A stretch of 64,000 nucleotides of DNA, taken from positions 2,420,001 to 2,484,000 of the forward strand of contig MU053652.1 in assembly GCA_013239625.1 (NCBI GenBank), read 5' to 3'. Positions 48,899 through 63,789 of the stretch are shown here, in pieces. The stretch is from Lama guanicoe (taxonomy: Eukaryota). Numbering within the stretch: position 1 is the stretch's first letter; every line of letters starts with the position of its first letter. A program made the position numbers and the translations under genes. The notes under the pieces were generated by a model, which was not told the origin of the DNA, ran no database searches, and saw only the letters and a list, made by a program, of their open reading frames with translations.

Positions 48899-51800
48899 AA
48901 GAAAATGAACAAAATACATTCTTTCTCCATATGTACATTACATACAACATAATTCTACAACTGCAGTTGTTTAGCAGATCACTCATTTATTCACAAAGCA
49001 GTGTTAACACAGTCACCAAACCTGCGATCAGAACATTACTTTCACTAAAAAACAAAACCCTAAAAAGTCCACACAGACTAAAAAAATAAGATAGAACAGG
49101 ATCATGAGGGGAATGGGGGAAGACTGCAGAACACACTCAACATAGCCCAACAATAACTTACAACAATGACGTCAGGAGATACCTGATGCCCCAAAGCACT
49201 TCTGTTTAGCAGCTCCAACTAGGTCACGCCAGCTGTTCCAGACTTCCCTCATGATTTCCATTTCTGATTTAGGGACATTGAGGATACAGCCCCAATCCCA
49301 TTTTGCTACAGAAGAGGAGGGTAAAGGAAGCAGTAGAAGCCTGAAAGGTTGCAGCTCTTCCTCTCGCATTAAGAAAAGGACTCTCATGAAATAAAAAACT
49401 CCTGAATCTTAGCTGGAAACCAGAGAAATACATTGTTTTGGAGAGACATTTGCTAAGCATGGTAAGGGAACCCTTGTTTCAAGGACTTACTTATATTTAC
49501 GTTCATTTAGTCGGTTTCTCTTTTGCTTTTCTCTGCTTTTCCTTTGTCCTTTTTAGGTATGGATTTAATTATGGTTATATTAAAAAATCCATCTAAACAG
49601 AAAGCTCTTCATGGGTATGAATATGCTCCCAATGTCCATAATGGTGCATAAAGGGCTTAAAAATTCAAATCAATCTTAGAGATAAAATTGCCAATGACCT
49701 GAACTCCCTACAGCTTTTGGGTAATATCTTACACTGCAGTTAAGACTTAAAAGACACATATTAATAGAATTATTTTCAGATTGTTTGTCTAGAAAAGGGC
49801 AATGCTCTAAAGGAATACAGTAAGGGTAGGCACAATTGCTTGCACCCCAGTCTTCCACACTTGTGGTAAAAGACAATGAGGAATGGCTGTGTCAGTTTTT
49901 TAAAAAAGCTTTTTCTGGCTTTGCGTTGGATAACAGAAGGAAGTCAGGAAAAATAAATGAGTCTCATCGGTTAAATAATAGTGGCTTTCCTTCTTTAGAC
50001 TTAGTAATTTCCTGTATTTCTATGTTAAACATTTTTATAATCATGTAACGAGTAAATGTTATTATTTAAAAATCTTATAAAAGATGTTTAACTGAAAGTC
50101 TCTGACTTTCAGATGAGCTGGCTGCTATAATGTCATATTTCCAGTCCAGGAGATGTTCTAAGACAGAGAAGGAGCTATCCATAGCATTAATAAGCAGACC
50201 CAGAAAGACAGATTTTATTGACTTTGGATAGAACTGTATCTTCCCTCTCAATCTAATTTCCAGTCCAACTTTGGTTTTGAGGATCTATCTCTACCTAAAG
50301 GGATCTTAATTTCTGGCCAATGAGCACTAGTTATCTGTAGAAGAGTTGACTTGAAAAAAATTCTAACATTTTCCCCAAACTGCATACACACACACACACC
50401 CACCTACCATCTTTCCATTGAAAAGATGGAATAATGTTAGCAAAACCAACACAAGAAAAGGAGGCCCTAAGCTTTCCTGTACTCTCTGAGGCTGCAGATT
50501 CAGCTACACATAGATTCTGAAGTGGTGACATGGAATAAATCTTTGAAAAGAAAAACCTATCTCCATAAAAGGATCTGTTCACAGAAAAATGTCTCATTAT
50601 TTTGCAATTCTAAATTGAGCTGAAGACTATACATAAAGGAAAATTAATACTATACTATCTAATCTGTTCAATTCAAACAACATTTTACACAAGTCAAGAA
50701 AGCAATAACACAACCATAGCCTCTCTTGGCCAGGCTAAATGTAATGCTTAAGAAAGTAAGTCTACTGTGATTTCTCTAAATGTTTGGTTTACAACTGAGG
50801 GAGAAAACAATTTACAACTGTCATCAAAATCATTTTTCTGGGAAAGGAAAAAGTATCTCAAAAAGGAGACCAAGTGCATGATTTTTAAAAACACCTATCT
50901 TCCCTACAGAAGGCTACTTATATTTAAAATTTTGGACTTTGATATCCTACTATCAAATTTGGGGTTGGGCACACAAGTACTTTAGTATGTCTTTGCATTC
51001 AGTGCTCTTACAAGTATAGCTAATCTGTATGTGTAAATTTAAGCTAAGCCTTTAGAAAGGTGCAAGTACCCTAAAACTTCTAAAGTAGGCAATTAAAAAA
51101 ATGTTAAATTGTACATCCCTGTCCTCAGTTCCCCCCTTTATCTTAAGGAGGTCAATACAGCAACTATACGGCAACGTGCTGAAACAGTCACTTGCCAAAA
51201 TCTGATGGTATGGTCCTGATGGTATAAAATCCTCTTCTTTGTTGCAAAATGAATTTATAAAGCTCTACCAGTTGCAATGGAATTAAACTAATTCTAGATA
51301 CCGTCTCTAATTTAATTAATCATCTTACCAGATGTGGAGGAAACCTAAAGAATAAATCAAAATTATTAAATTCTTCTAATGCCAAGCCCAGAACTCATGT
51401 AGTTCTTGGCAAAGTAGAATAAACAGAGACCCTTCGGATTATGTATAATTAATTTATTTTAAAACATGGAAACTAAATTTGATGTCAGTTCAATTCTGTA
51501 CGGGTTAGAAGTTAAACACAAGATGACAATTTTTCTTCCATTATAAAGGGCTAGAAAATGAACACCAACCAAATGACACTAGCTAAACTGTAACAAAGGC
51601 TTTCTTGAGATTTGTTAACAAAGAAGAGAAGGTAAGCTCAAAATTGGCTACTTGAGCAATTCCTTAATCAAGCACAGAGGCCTGTTCAGTATGTCACACA
51701 GTATTTTTCCTTCCTGCAAATTAACCTGGCATTTGTTAAGCACTGAGTGAAACTGAAGAATGATGATCTTCTTAGGCTGGTATTCGTGTGGCAGACCACT

Positions 51801-54800
51801 CAGGTTATCAAAAACTAACTGCTGCGAATGCTAGCATCCCAGATGGTACAGAGCTGTGTTGCAAGAGCTTAAACTCGATGAAAAAGCAAGTCCCCTGAGA
51901 GTATAAAAACTGCAAGTAAAACTGTTTTATTGCTGGTTTTCCCTCTGGATCTGCATCAAGGAATTGGCTGTATGTAAGAAGCTGTTGAGGATCCAGAGCC
52001 CATTACACTGGGCTTCCTGTTTCAAGATCTCTATCAGCTATTTGGGAGACGGTGAGAAAAGCAACCAAGCAAGAAATGTTGCTTTCCAAAGACTATTCAG
52101 AATAACTGAGCTTTGATCCCTTTTGATAGTCTTCTCAGCACTGGATTAAATTAATTTAGGGTTAGAAATGAAGAGCTTTCTTCCTCATTGAGATTTGTGG
52201 ACCTTCAAATCCATGAGCAAAAAGTACCTATTTTTTCATCTCTGCCATACACTCAATTGTCCTGTCTAGCTCTGTTCCTGAGGTTCAATATCTCCAAGTG
52301 AGAATGCCACAGACAGGCAAAATAGGATACTGCATACAAATGTTTAACAGTTCATTGAGATTGTTTGAAGAGCAGATAAAAAGGGAGACAAAGTATTTTG
52401 TAATTCCAAATGATACTTTACAACTGGTCTACTTCCCTACTAAACACTCTCCCCCTCTTTTGTTCTTGACCCATAGCTCTCAGATAACATCCATATAACA
52501 TTCTGTTTTCAATCAAGCTAGTGTTAGAGGACATGATAGTATATTTGTAAAACTTCTTTCTAAATAATGACTCTACTGTGGAAGATAAACTAGAACTAAC
52601 CTTGATTTTCATGTTTTTAAGTTGACTTGGAATCCAGTTCAAGACCTGTAACTTTAAAGTACTACCTAATAGAGAAAGACATGGGAGTGACATGATCTCC
52701 TACAAGGGCATTTCTCTCTGCACCACCAGAAAATCTGACTTACTATAGCCTCCAATGACTCCTTAGGTTAGGGCTATAAAATCTGTTGTCAAAGGATTGT
52801 CTGGGAATAAGATTCAGCCATTCAGAATCTGAGCTAAATTCACATTCTTAAGGGGAAGAGACATTTATTAGACGGCACTATTTTTACTTACGAAAAAAAA
52901 AAAACGAATGAATACCAGCCATTTTATAGCAATCAAAGCTATTCCTGATGTTTTATCTCAGAAATTGAAAGTCAATTCTTAACACAAATTCCAACTTCAG
53001 TAGAAAATCAATGCTACTCAGAGGAGGTGGGAGTAGGAAAAAAATCTAAAAAATACAAAGAAAAGACAATAGGCAAATGAAAATTCTGGTGACATGCTGA
53101 ATTTCATAAGCTCTACTATGAAACTTGCACATTATCAACAGTTTTATGACTGTAGTTAGTGCCAGGGAAAGCAGCCAACACTGGCTCCTCCATTAAAGCT
53201 GCTACAGCCATATTACTATTCCTCTAATTAAAATGATTCAAGTAGTTTTATAGCAGTCTCTAAAGGTTGTAAATTCTTTAATAATGCACAATTTTTAATT
53301 TCACTAATCTGTTGTCATAAGCAAAGATAAAAGAGTATGTTTGCCTTAGAATGATTTTGACCTTTTCTTTGCAAGCATTACAGCACTTGTAAGCAATGCC
53401 ACACAAAAACATAGGAAGGGTAGGGCTAAAAAAAAGCCCAGAATAAAGTCAGATTAGCTAAGAAAAATAATGGAAACACAATTCATAGTATTTGGTGGGT
53501 AGGAAGAAATCAAGGCTTTATATGTAATTTAAAAATAATGTATAAATAAAATCTCTTAAGATAGCATTTTTGGGGAAAAATAAAAGAGCATTTGGTGGAG
53601 AAATCAATAAACTACAATAAGTCCTCTCCAACAAAACAAACAACGGTGACTTCATTCAGCTGATCTACTTGGCTCCTAATTAATTATTTCAACAAACTTT
53701 GAAACTCCCACCTTCAAATGAAATACCTCTAGACTAGAAGCTTTGCGTAGCCATATCATTTCATCATTAATCCACATCACAGGGAAATATAGGCCGTAGT
53801 AAAAAATCACAAAAGAATAATGTTATTTGACTAAGAAGGACTACAAACCTTTTGCCTGAAAGAACCCAAAGATCTAATCTACAACTATGGTCACATGCAG
53901 ACCCTCTATATTACTCTGCTAATAACTATAAACTTCTTGTGAGGGAGCCTGACATCTCAGATCAAGGACTATTTTATAAGAATTTTAAACTTAATGAAAG
54001 TTCAGGTCAGAATTTCTACAAAAGGATGAAACTGCGTATGAACACGTATTTTTAAGAAAAGACGGTTTACAAAAGATTTTTTATAGTTACATAACTTTGT
54101 TTAGAGTACACATCGTAATGATCCCCTCCCATAGAAATCACTTCAAACCATAATTCTCACTTGCTTTGCAACATTCAGTCAGCTAAAGAGTTAACACAAC
54201 ATTCACCCAGGAAATAATCAAATGACCCACAATTACCCAATGAATTTCATATAGTGTTAAGAATAATTATAGGCTAACATCTTCATGTAATTACCAGGAA
54301 ATTGAGTATAATTCAGAGAATAAAATCAGGAACATACTCCAATCTAACTGCTCTTTGATTCATTAAGCATCATTCTCAATCTCTTACCAAATGATTAAGT
54401 GCCTCAAACAAGTTTGTAAATTAGATTTTAAAACTGTTTTATTACATGAAACTCTATTAATGTATCTCTAAATAGTGCTTTTTTTTTTTTAAATAGCACT
54501 TTTAAGGCAGATGTGAAGAAATCCACTGGAAAGATAAGCTGGCAAACCATTTATACTCAATAGATGTATTTCACCAAAGAATGCAGTTTTATGATCTTAA
54601 ACAAATTACCGAACTCTAAACCTAACAAGCCTTTCCATGGTAAATCAGTGAATTAACTTTCCAATGTTTTCTGTCACTTTTTAATTAGACACAGACAAGT
54701 CAGTTTTAATGAAAACCGGTCTAAAAAGACAATCTTGCTAAAGGTCAATACTGTCAGCTTTACCATAGAGTTAGGCACCCAAGTCTGAATTCCTTTGCTT

Positions 54801-57363
54801 CATAAGAGATTGATATGTTTGAACTAATCAAGCTGGCCACAAGAGGTCTCTGTCATTCCACAAAATGCAAATGCAGTTTAGAGGTATCTTGTAAATCAGG
54901 TAATTTCTCATTAGGTACAAGCACTGAAAATAATGTTAGAGATCTAGTTTATTTCTAGTTTAAATGATTTCTAGTTTGTTATTCTGGAATAATATATTCC
55001 ATCAGGAAAAAGAAATGGGAATGAACTTGAAGCTAGGGATAATGAAATCGAGCAAATGGTATCCCACTAATACATCTAAGACCAAGTGTTTCAATATGGG
55101 ACTCACTAAACTAGAGTGAAAGAATATTTAAGTAGTAAAGCATAGCTACTTGGCTACCTAAACAAGGCATCTAAATACCAAATTAGATTATTTAGATTAT
55201 AATATACTGCTAGAATAGAATACTTGGAAATACATGTAGATTCTCACTAAATATATAAACAAGTTTCAAATCAGCATTCTGATGTGAAATGTGAGTAATG
55301 TTTCAATATTGGTCTTGGATATAATGAAGCCCTACATTCTCCTGTAATCATAACCAGAAGTGCCCCATTAAAGCTCCACGGTACAAATTCCGACTTACTG
55401 TGTCAATAACCTCTTAAATACAGTCTATGTCACTTAAGCAATACTAAATGGTTTGCTATGACTCAACCCCATTTAACCATGTTAGTGAAAAAAAATTCTG
55501 TAAGTGAAGAAAAGGGGAAAAGTTCCACTTAAAGTGAGGAAAGATGAAATTAGAACAAACATATGTTTAGAAAACAACTAGTGGAGAATCAGGGAAAAAT
55601 AAAAACAAACAAAATTATTGAGGTAAAGAACAGAGTTTCCTCCAAATATGGAGCCTAAGGAACGAATGAAAAAATGACCCAAAAAAGCACTATAAAAATA
55701 AATGTTGGAGGGCAGCACAAGTCCATTTGGTTATTGTTTTTAAAGTGCCAGAATTCACAGTAAGCAACACTAGAGATTTTACATTTAGAAACTCTTATCA
55801 AAGTTCTTTCCTCTCGATTCTATGATTTGTACCTGTTTTCATAAAATGAGATTCAATAGGCTACAATATTAGCAATATTACAATTTTTTGTTCTTGACTG
55901 TCATTCAGGGAAGTCTTTTTATGAAACTATGTAAGTATGTAATTAGATCCTACTTACTTGTAAAGTCAATTGGTTATTCTGCAGCTACACAGTTTGGTAC
56001 TAATTGTATTATATACTATATCTTTAACAAGGTAATGAACATATCTATTTGTTTAATAAATCACTACTGATTGCTTTGGGATGCTTGGAAAACCAAGGAG
56101 ACCAAGATTCAAGCCTAGAACTAGGACAGATATATTTCTATCCATCCCCAAATTATCATGAAACCATGCAATAAGGACAGACTGAAGAGGGATCTCAAAG
56201 TCTCATTCCTATACACGAGACGTTTCCAAAGTGCAAAGCAATTTCTTCTTTCTTTGGTGAGGCCTAATCTTGCTTCTTTAAATTCTCTAAAGTCATTCAC
56301 TTGTAAGAGTCACTGGACTGATGGACATTTATTATACTTATTCTGTTTTAAGCATGGTGGGTATCAGTTGCATACAGCACACTTTTTGACCAAATGTAAG
56401 CACTGGCCAGGAGTAGGTTTCCTATGTGACATTCCACAGCATCGCATGTAATGATACATATTAAAAATAGCCTGGTCTGTGTGCTTAATGAAATGCCTGT
56501 CAGTTGTATTCCCCTGGACAACTTAGAAACCATTATTCTTTAAAATACAGAAGCAGATGTAGGGAGCCAACGTACATAGAAATAAACAAACGCATCACTC
56601 TGGAAATCCATCCTCCCAAATGAAAATGCTACAAAGAACTAGCACAAGGAAGAAATGGAAGCCCTGGTTCTGCACAGCCCTACCAGGGGAAAGAGTCATT
56701 TTCTTCCAAAATTGCTACAAAGATATCAAAAAACATATTAATCACTACTAAAATCATCCTGCTGGTAATTTTGAGAATGGCTCTTAAAGGTTCTGAACTA
56801 TATTCTCTCCTCAGTTTAAGGTTTCTGTGACTCAAAGCTTTGTAATATCCACTATAAAATATATCATTACAGAAATACTATATACCAATCTCAGACAAGT
56901 GCCTGGATCAATCTTGGGTTTCACTTTCTAGTTCTATGACAAGGAGCATAAATTTGAGCCCTCTGTTCCTCCTATTGTTTAATGTAACACAAGACTCTAG
57001 TCAACAAAGACACATGTATCACTTAAACATATATTAATTGCCCTATAGAACTATATACTATTAAGAATGAAGTAAAGAGGCAAACAAATGATACATACCA
57101 CTTACAAGCAGTTGTGTGATGCGAGGTAAAGTGAAATGGGAAGGAAGGAGAAAGAAGAAAGGCCAAACAACCCAACAACAACAAAATCACAACTCCTGTA
57201 GCACTGAGTCTGTGAACAGTGCTTACTTGCCCCAATTTTATAAAAATGAAATAAAAATCAGAAAAGGGTATACTGCCTGATTATTCTTTTATACTCATGA
57301 ATTCTTAAAAGTTAAAGTAAGAAAAAATATATATATATTTAAATGGAAAGTATATCAATTCAC

Positions 57364-57369
57364 TTTATT
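57364..57369 (-). terminator. MKLN1: Candidate MKLN1 proximal poly(A) signal AATAAA
   Basis: AATAAA about 200 nt after the stop codon, followed by a T-rich tract on the minus strand. Confidence 0.4.
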
Positions 57370-57571
57370 AGCCTAATTTAGGAATGGGATGAGGACTACA
57401 GGGTTGAGGTCAGGTATGAAGGAAGAGGGTTAAAATTTGTGACAGCAAAGATCCCTTCAAAATTCTGGTGCAGTCCTTGTTCACTGCAGCCTAACTGTCA
57501 ATCAACAGAGTTGAAATCCAAAATACTGAAAGCAGACTCCTGTGCTCCATTTCTGTCCACAGACTCTTCAG

Positions 57572-57811
<240 letters not shown>

Positions 57812-59029
57812 TTAAAACCAGATAAACATGGGTCCTGATCCCAGTTTTACTATCCAGCAATGGTCTTAGGTAAGGGACCATTTCTGCAACTTTTTCTTCA
57901 ACTGTAAATCTGTGATAATCCTGTTTACATCATAGGTTTATCGTGCAAATTAAATGCAATTATGTGAAAACTATCAAGGAGAGTGACTATTAACTTTAGT
58001 TACTTTAGTAATTAATATTGATTTCTGTTCTCTTCCCTACAAGCATTTCCCTCTTCTAGTATAATGAGGAACTTTCATTCCTCTCTTCTGACTTTTTAAT
58101 ACTTTGACCACTAAAATTTTCTTAATAATAAAAATATAATCAAAATGAAAGAGGTCTTTAGAAAGTAGTGTAAAATCATTAGGGCTCTGAGAGCTGGAAG
58201 TGGTTTCAGAGAACTGAGTGAAAACATACATGCTTGAGGTTAAGAAATATACTTATACGTAGAACGATACCTGGCACATAGTAGATCCCATACATTTACA
58301 GTACTATGCATCAGGCTCTATGCTAGGCACACATGTGAAAAATAGAGAACAAAGAACTCCTTTTATCTAGATGAATATCAGAAAGTGAAAGATACTCTTA
58401 AAAGGTGAAGACCGCTGAACTAAAGGATTTTTTTCCCCTTTAACCTCTAGTAAACACTTAATTTTCAAGTTCACCCCAGCCAAGGAAATATTCTGGGAGA
58501 TGTCTCTTTCCTTTAGTCATCCGGTGTATTGCTCCCAGCACAAATGAAGAATGAAAATGAACAAATAAAAGTACTTCTTTGATTTTCTCCATTCCTGAAA
58601 TGGCTGAGGCATAAAGCCCTATTGAGTGCCACCAGAAACAAATAGTGCCAGAAAGTTGTATATGCCATGATACTCAGTGAAGGCTATTTCAAATTGGACA
58701 ATTTTCATTCAACTTAGAATACAGTTTTAGATGCAATCTGCCTTTTTAATTTTGTAAAGAACATGAACAGAAAAGAACAATGCCAAGGATACCAGTGTCC
58801 TGAAAGGAAAATAAACAATGCCTCAAGAAAGGTACATTCCTATTAATTAAAAAATATATATATTAAGTGTGAGGGCAAGTGTTTACTCCTTTGAGATTTA
58901 AGGTTTTATTTAACAAAGCCTGCTATCATATCGTAGAATTCGAAACACTCCAAAATGTAAACAAAGTTTACCTCTGAATGATGACAGTATATTCTTTTTC
59001 TATTTTATGTTTTTCTGAGTTTTCTAAAT

Positions 59030-60670
59030 TGTTTTATTTTCAACTTACTTTGAAAAATTTCAAACTCACAGTAAAGTTTCAAGATTAGTACAACAAACAT
59101 TCATATACATACACCCTTACCTAGATTAGTCAACTGTTAACATTTGCCACATATGTTCTCATTTTCTCTTGCTCTCTATGTCTGTATATATGCCCCACTC
59201 ATACTTTTTCTGTGGAACTATCCGGAACTAAATTGTAGACATTTTCACCCCTAAATATTTGAGTTCATTTCACCTATGAATAAGAACAGTCACTTAAATA
59301 ACCACTATATATTCAATTTAAGAAATTTAACATATATGCACTAATCTTTTTTTAGTCATTTTCCCCACTAATCTGAAATTCAACCCATGATCACTGTCTT
59401 TTTAGTCTGGAATAGTTCCTCAGCCTCTCTTTTTTTTTTGTTTTTGTTTTTTTTTTAAATGACACTGATATTTTCAAAGAGTACAGAACAGTTATGTTGT
59501 AGAATGTGTTAAATTGGGGTGTCTGATTGCTTCCTTACAATCAGATTCAGTTTATGTAGTTCTGGCAAGGATACTACGTAAGTGATGCTGTGTCCTTCCT
59601 AATGCATCATATGGTATGAATGTGCCCTAATACTGAAGATGTTAACTTTGATCATCTGGTTAAGCTGGTGTACGCCAGGCTTCTCCAATGTAAATGTGTT
59701 CTTTTCTATCTTTGCAATTAATAGAATATTGATGAGAAGATAGTCCAAAGCTGTGGAAGATAGTCCTTCTCTGTAAAAGATCTGCACTCAATGATTTTAG
59801 CATTAACTGATGATTCTTGTTAAAACAATTATTATTTATGTGATGCTGATTTTCTAACTCTACAATTACTTCTAGATTTATTGGATGACATTAATTGTAA
59901 AGAAGAGCTTTTCCTTTTCCTCCCTTCATTTTGTTTCTGTTTGCGTTAGTATGTATTCATGAATCCTTTTCTTGTTCAAAAGGTTATATTCATTCCTGTC
60001 ATTCATTGTAATACTCACATGGTGTCCCAGATTTGAGGGCTCTTTTGAGCTGGCTTCTATGTCTTTTTGAAATGTCCCCATTACTTTTTGAGTACTTCCT
60101 TCCTTTCTGGCACAAGTAAGATATCCAAGCTCATCTTTACACAACTCTGGAGTCAGCCATTTTCCCCAGGAGCCCTAATTCCTTTCAGTGGTGAACAATA
60201 TTTAGAAACCAAGATCAGTTGTGCTAATTGCCAGAGGTGGTGTTGTTTCTAGGCCTATACATACATGTATGCATATTATATACAAAATAAAATAATTAGT
60301 CCATGCTTTTATTGCTAATTCAATTTTTTAAAGAAACTCACAGGATTCTTCCTCTCTCTATCCCATTCCTTATTCATATCTCCTTTCTCCTACTAGGAAA
60401 ACCAACTCCCAGCAATCTCATATTGATTCATTTGCTCAACCTAAAATACACACAAAACAAGTTCTAGAATTACTATACCCAAACCACTACCAACAAAACT
60501 CAAGATTTCCTTGCTTTTATGGTCATTAGAGTGTATTTCACTGAGAACATATAGTCTAAGCTGTGCTTAAAGAGGTTTAATTCTCCTTTTCCTCCTACTA
60601 TGTGAGCATGTTACCAATTTGATAAACATGTTTGTTTCTGTTTGTATTCAACTTTAGGGCTTTTCCCTTG
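59030..60670 (-). mobile_element. Ancient L1MC-like 3' region in the MKLN1 last intron
   Basis: tttgaaaaatttcaaactcacagtaaagtt..gatgttaactttgatcatctggttaag..cagccatttt.cccaggagccct; similar to the 21040-22600 element. Confidence 0.7.
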
Positions 60671-61341
60671 TCTTATTTTATTTGTAAAAATGTCACGGTA
60701 CATTATATTTTTAAGATAAAATACGGATTCTGTGATAGTACTCTATGAAAATAATGTCTTCATGAGATCAAATGATTTAGGAGGGAAGGAAACAAACACG
60801 GAATCCCTACTACTCGCTGTTTTTTATGTCTATGACCACATTTCACTGTCACAGAAAACAACGCAGCAATTATCACAAACTCTACTTTAATGAGGCAACT
60901 TAGAGAGATTCAGTAATTTAATAAGGTATCACAGTGAGTGAAGGAAGAGAACGGAGTGTGAGCCCATGTCTGTCTGATTCCAAAGGCCATTTATTTATTC
61001 TCATTAACTAATATTCATTGAGTGCTTATTAAATTGTATGCAATGTGCTAAGTTCATTTAACCCTCAAGAAAACATCTATTTTTATTCACCATTTACCAA
61101 TGAGGAACTTGAAATTTACACTATTCTTAGATGAATAGTTAAATTATGGTAGATCCTTACTATGAAATACTGTGTATCATTTAAGAAGAATACAATAAAT
61201 CTAGTACAGTTTCATGCAAACATCTCTAAGCCACATCATTACATTTTAAAAAGTTATGTGGAGAATACATTTCTTTTTTAGACTACATAATGAATAAAAC
61301 CAGAGCACACAAAAACATACATCTGAGCGTGCGCATATATA

Positions 61342-61962
61342 CAGTCTATCCTCATTATTCAGATTCTGTATGTATGCATTTGCCTACTCACTAAAATATG
61401 TAACTTCAAAATCAGTATCTGTGGCACTTTTGTGGTCAAATACATGCACAGATTGGCAAAAAACTTGAGTCACCACATGCATATGTTCTCAACTGAGGTC
61501 AAACTAGGTAATGCTCTGCCTTCTTGTTTCAGCTCTCATACCAGAAACAAGCATCCTTTTCACAGTCTATTTGGTGTCAGGTTCTTCACATCTTGTGCTT
61601 TTTGTTGGTGACTTCACTGCTTTAAATGACCCCCAAGTATAGTGCTGAAGTGCTGGCTAGTGTTCCTAAGTGCAAGAAAGTTGTGATGTCCCTTACGAAG
61701 AAAGGGACATCACATGTGTTAGATAAGCTTTGTTCAGGAATGAGTTACAGGGCTGTTGGTTGTGAGTTCAATGTTGATGAATCAACAATATATAAATAAG
61801 GTGTCTTTCCACTTATATGTTGATCGGTTGACAAAAAGGCTGTGACAAGAGTCTCACAGGAATCTAATTCTGTATCTTCATTGGAGCTATGGGTTAGTAT
61901 TTACCAACTTAGTGTTACAGGTGACTATACAGAATATTACTGTGAATAATGAGAGTCAACTG
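61342..61962. mobile_element. MER82-like TcMar-Tigger non-autonomous DNA transposon
   Basis: Imperfect terminal inverted repeats cagtctatcctcattattc and gaataatgagagtcaactg; internal gctctgccttcttgtttcagctctcatac. Confidence 0.8.
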
Positions 61963-61986
61963 AATCTGTATGTTTGTGTGCATGGT

Positions 61987-62009
61987 TGTGTGTGTGTGTG
62001 TGTGTGTGT
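61987..62009. repeat. (TG)n microsatellite
   Basis: Read directly. Confidence 0.93.
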
Positions 62010-62319
62010 AAAGATCTTCCAGATGAGTGGTTACACTTGAGGGAAAGGGACAGAGATTGAGGGAAGTTATTCAAAGAGAATCTTAAACTTTATCTATTGT
62101 CAGTGTTTTAAAAATATACATTAAAAATGGGTGGGGCTCCAGGAAACTCATCAACAGCAACATGACTACTTAAATGATAGAGCTAGGACAAAGAAGGTCA
62201 TATTGATTCTAAATCTCATGTTCCTAATCACTGTTTCCCTCACTTCATTATCACCATACAGCTGAACGAGGAACTTGTCACTCAGTAATGCAAAGTGGTG
62301 AAGCTCCATGACAGGTAGT

Positions 62320-62575
62320 ATAGTTAGTGATTTAGAGAATGAGCTCTGAAGCCATACTACTAAGTTGTGAATCTTGGTTTTGTTACTCACATAGCACTGT
62401 TCCTGGGCAAATTACTTTAGCCTCTCTGCATTCCAGTTTCTTCATATATAAAAGGGGGTCATACTAGTGCTACTCCATAGGGTTACTATGGAGATTAAAT
62501 GAATTATAACATGTAGTGTTTAGAATAGTACCTGGCCCCTCAGTGAGTGCTCAATAAATATTAGCTATCACTTTA
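62320..62575 (+). mobile_element. MIR SINE
   Basis: ctgggcaaattacttt.gcctctctg..cagtttcttcatatataaaagggg..agtacctggc..agtgctcaataaatattagctat. Confidence 0.8.
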
Positions 62576-63455
62576 TCACTACTACTACGACTAAAGACAA
62601 TGACTGTTCTAAAAGAAAGTGACCTATTAGGAAGATACTTTTAAGTTAACATCCTACACAGATTACGTAGCTTTTCCTATTTATGGTAAAGAAGAAATAG
62701 CAAGAATTCTCGTTTTCTTCCTAGACAGAAGTTTCTTTGTTTATTTCTAAAATAAACTCTGTTACATAAAAAACACCTGTAAACATGTGACCTACAGACA
62801 GGAGTTTGAAGAAGTATCTTGCTGAAATCTAAGTTTGGCAGATTAAGCAAAAGAATAAAAGCTAAAAGGGGACAGTGAATGATGTGAAATTCCTAAGGCT
62901 CCTCATTCACGAATGTCAACACAGTACCAAAGAGCAATGAACTTTTAGACTTAAAATATTTTAAACATTTGTCTGAATTCATACTTGCACATCACATTGG
63001 ACTATAAAACTTCTAAGGAGAGGTGTGAAGATCAAAAAAGGCATTATGTTTCTATAGACCAGATTTTCCCTGTCACATACCTTGCTGAAAATATACTCTT
63101 AAAATTAGCAAAATGTCTGAGTTCAAGTTAAAAAGTGCTGACAACCACCAGAAGCTCTAGGCTAAACATCCCCAAAGGTTATTTTTCTCTAAAGTCAGTC
63201 ATTTTTCAAAACTAAGATGATATCAGCTGTTTATAAATCAGTTTCCATCTTTCTAATTCTTTAAATTACATATAACATTAGTAAATAATTTTATTCAATT
63301 TTACAAGATTAAGATAAACTGGGTTAATCCTAAAGGGCGTCCGAAAGTTTGGCTGAAGCAATTTTTTGGAATGGATAATTTATAAAATGAAATATTCAGT
63401 TATCTGTACATGAAGGGTGTATACACCTATACATAAAGTAACCTATTAGATTTCA

Positions 63456-63553
63456 GGGTGGGGTGGGTGTATAGCTCAGTGGTAGAGCATATGCTTTTGG
63501 CATGTATGAGGTCCCAGTAGCTCCAACAAAAAAGAAAAAAAGATTAAAAAAAA
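63456..63553 (+). mobile_element. tRNA-derived SINE, Vic-1-like, B box deleted
   Basis: tagctcagtggtagagc A box, A-tail, perfect TSD TAACCTATTAGATTTCA at 63439-63455 and 63554-63570. Confidence 0.88.
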
Positions 63554-63789
63554 TAACCTATTAGATTTCAATTCTAAATGAAGTAAAGATAAAACAATCA
63601 GAAAATGAATGAGAACAAGATCCAGGTACTCTAAACAGGCATGAAACCTTGTGAAAAGTACTTTTTGCTTATAAGTAATATATCAAATTTTTCCTTATTA
63701 AAAGAGTAAACAACCTGAATTTGTTCATTATCCAAATTCACCAAAGTTACAAAGAAGATTACATTTTAAGGCAAGTAATAACAGTAGTA

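Larger units (their letters stand above)
48875..57571 (-). other. MKLN1: MKLN1 long 3'UTR (about 8.7 kb, end approximate)
   Basis: AT-rich and repeat-poor between the stop codon and a well-formed distal poly(A) signal; MKLN1 is known to have a very long 3'UTR. Confidence 0.6.

Noticed and set aside
50407..50429. Small inverted repeat ccatcttt...aaagatgg in the MKLN1 UTR
   Set aside because: An 8-bp stem is expected by chance in 64 kb.
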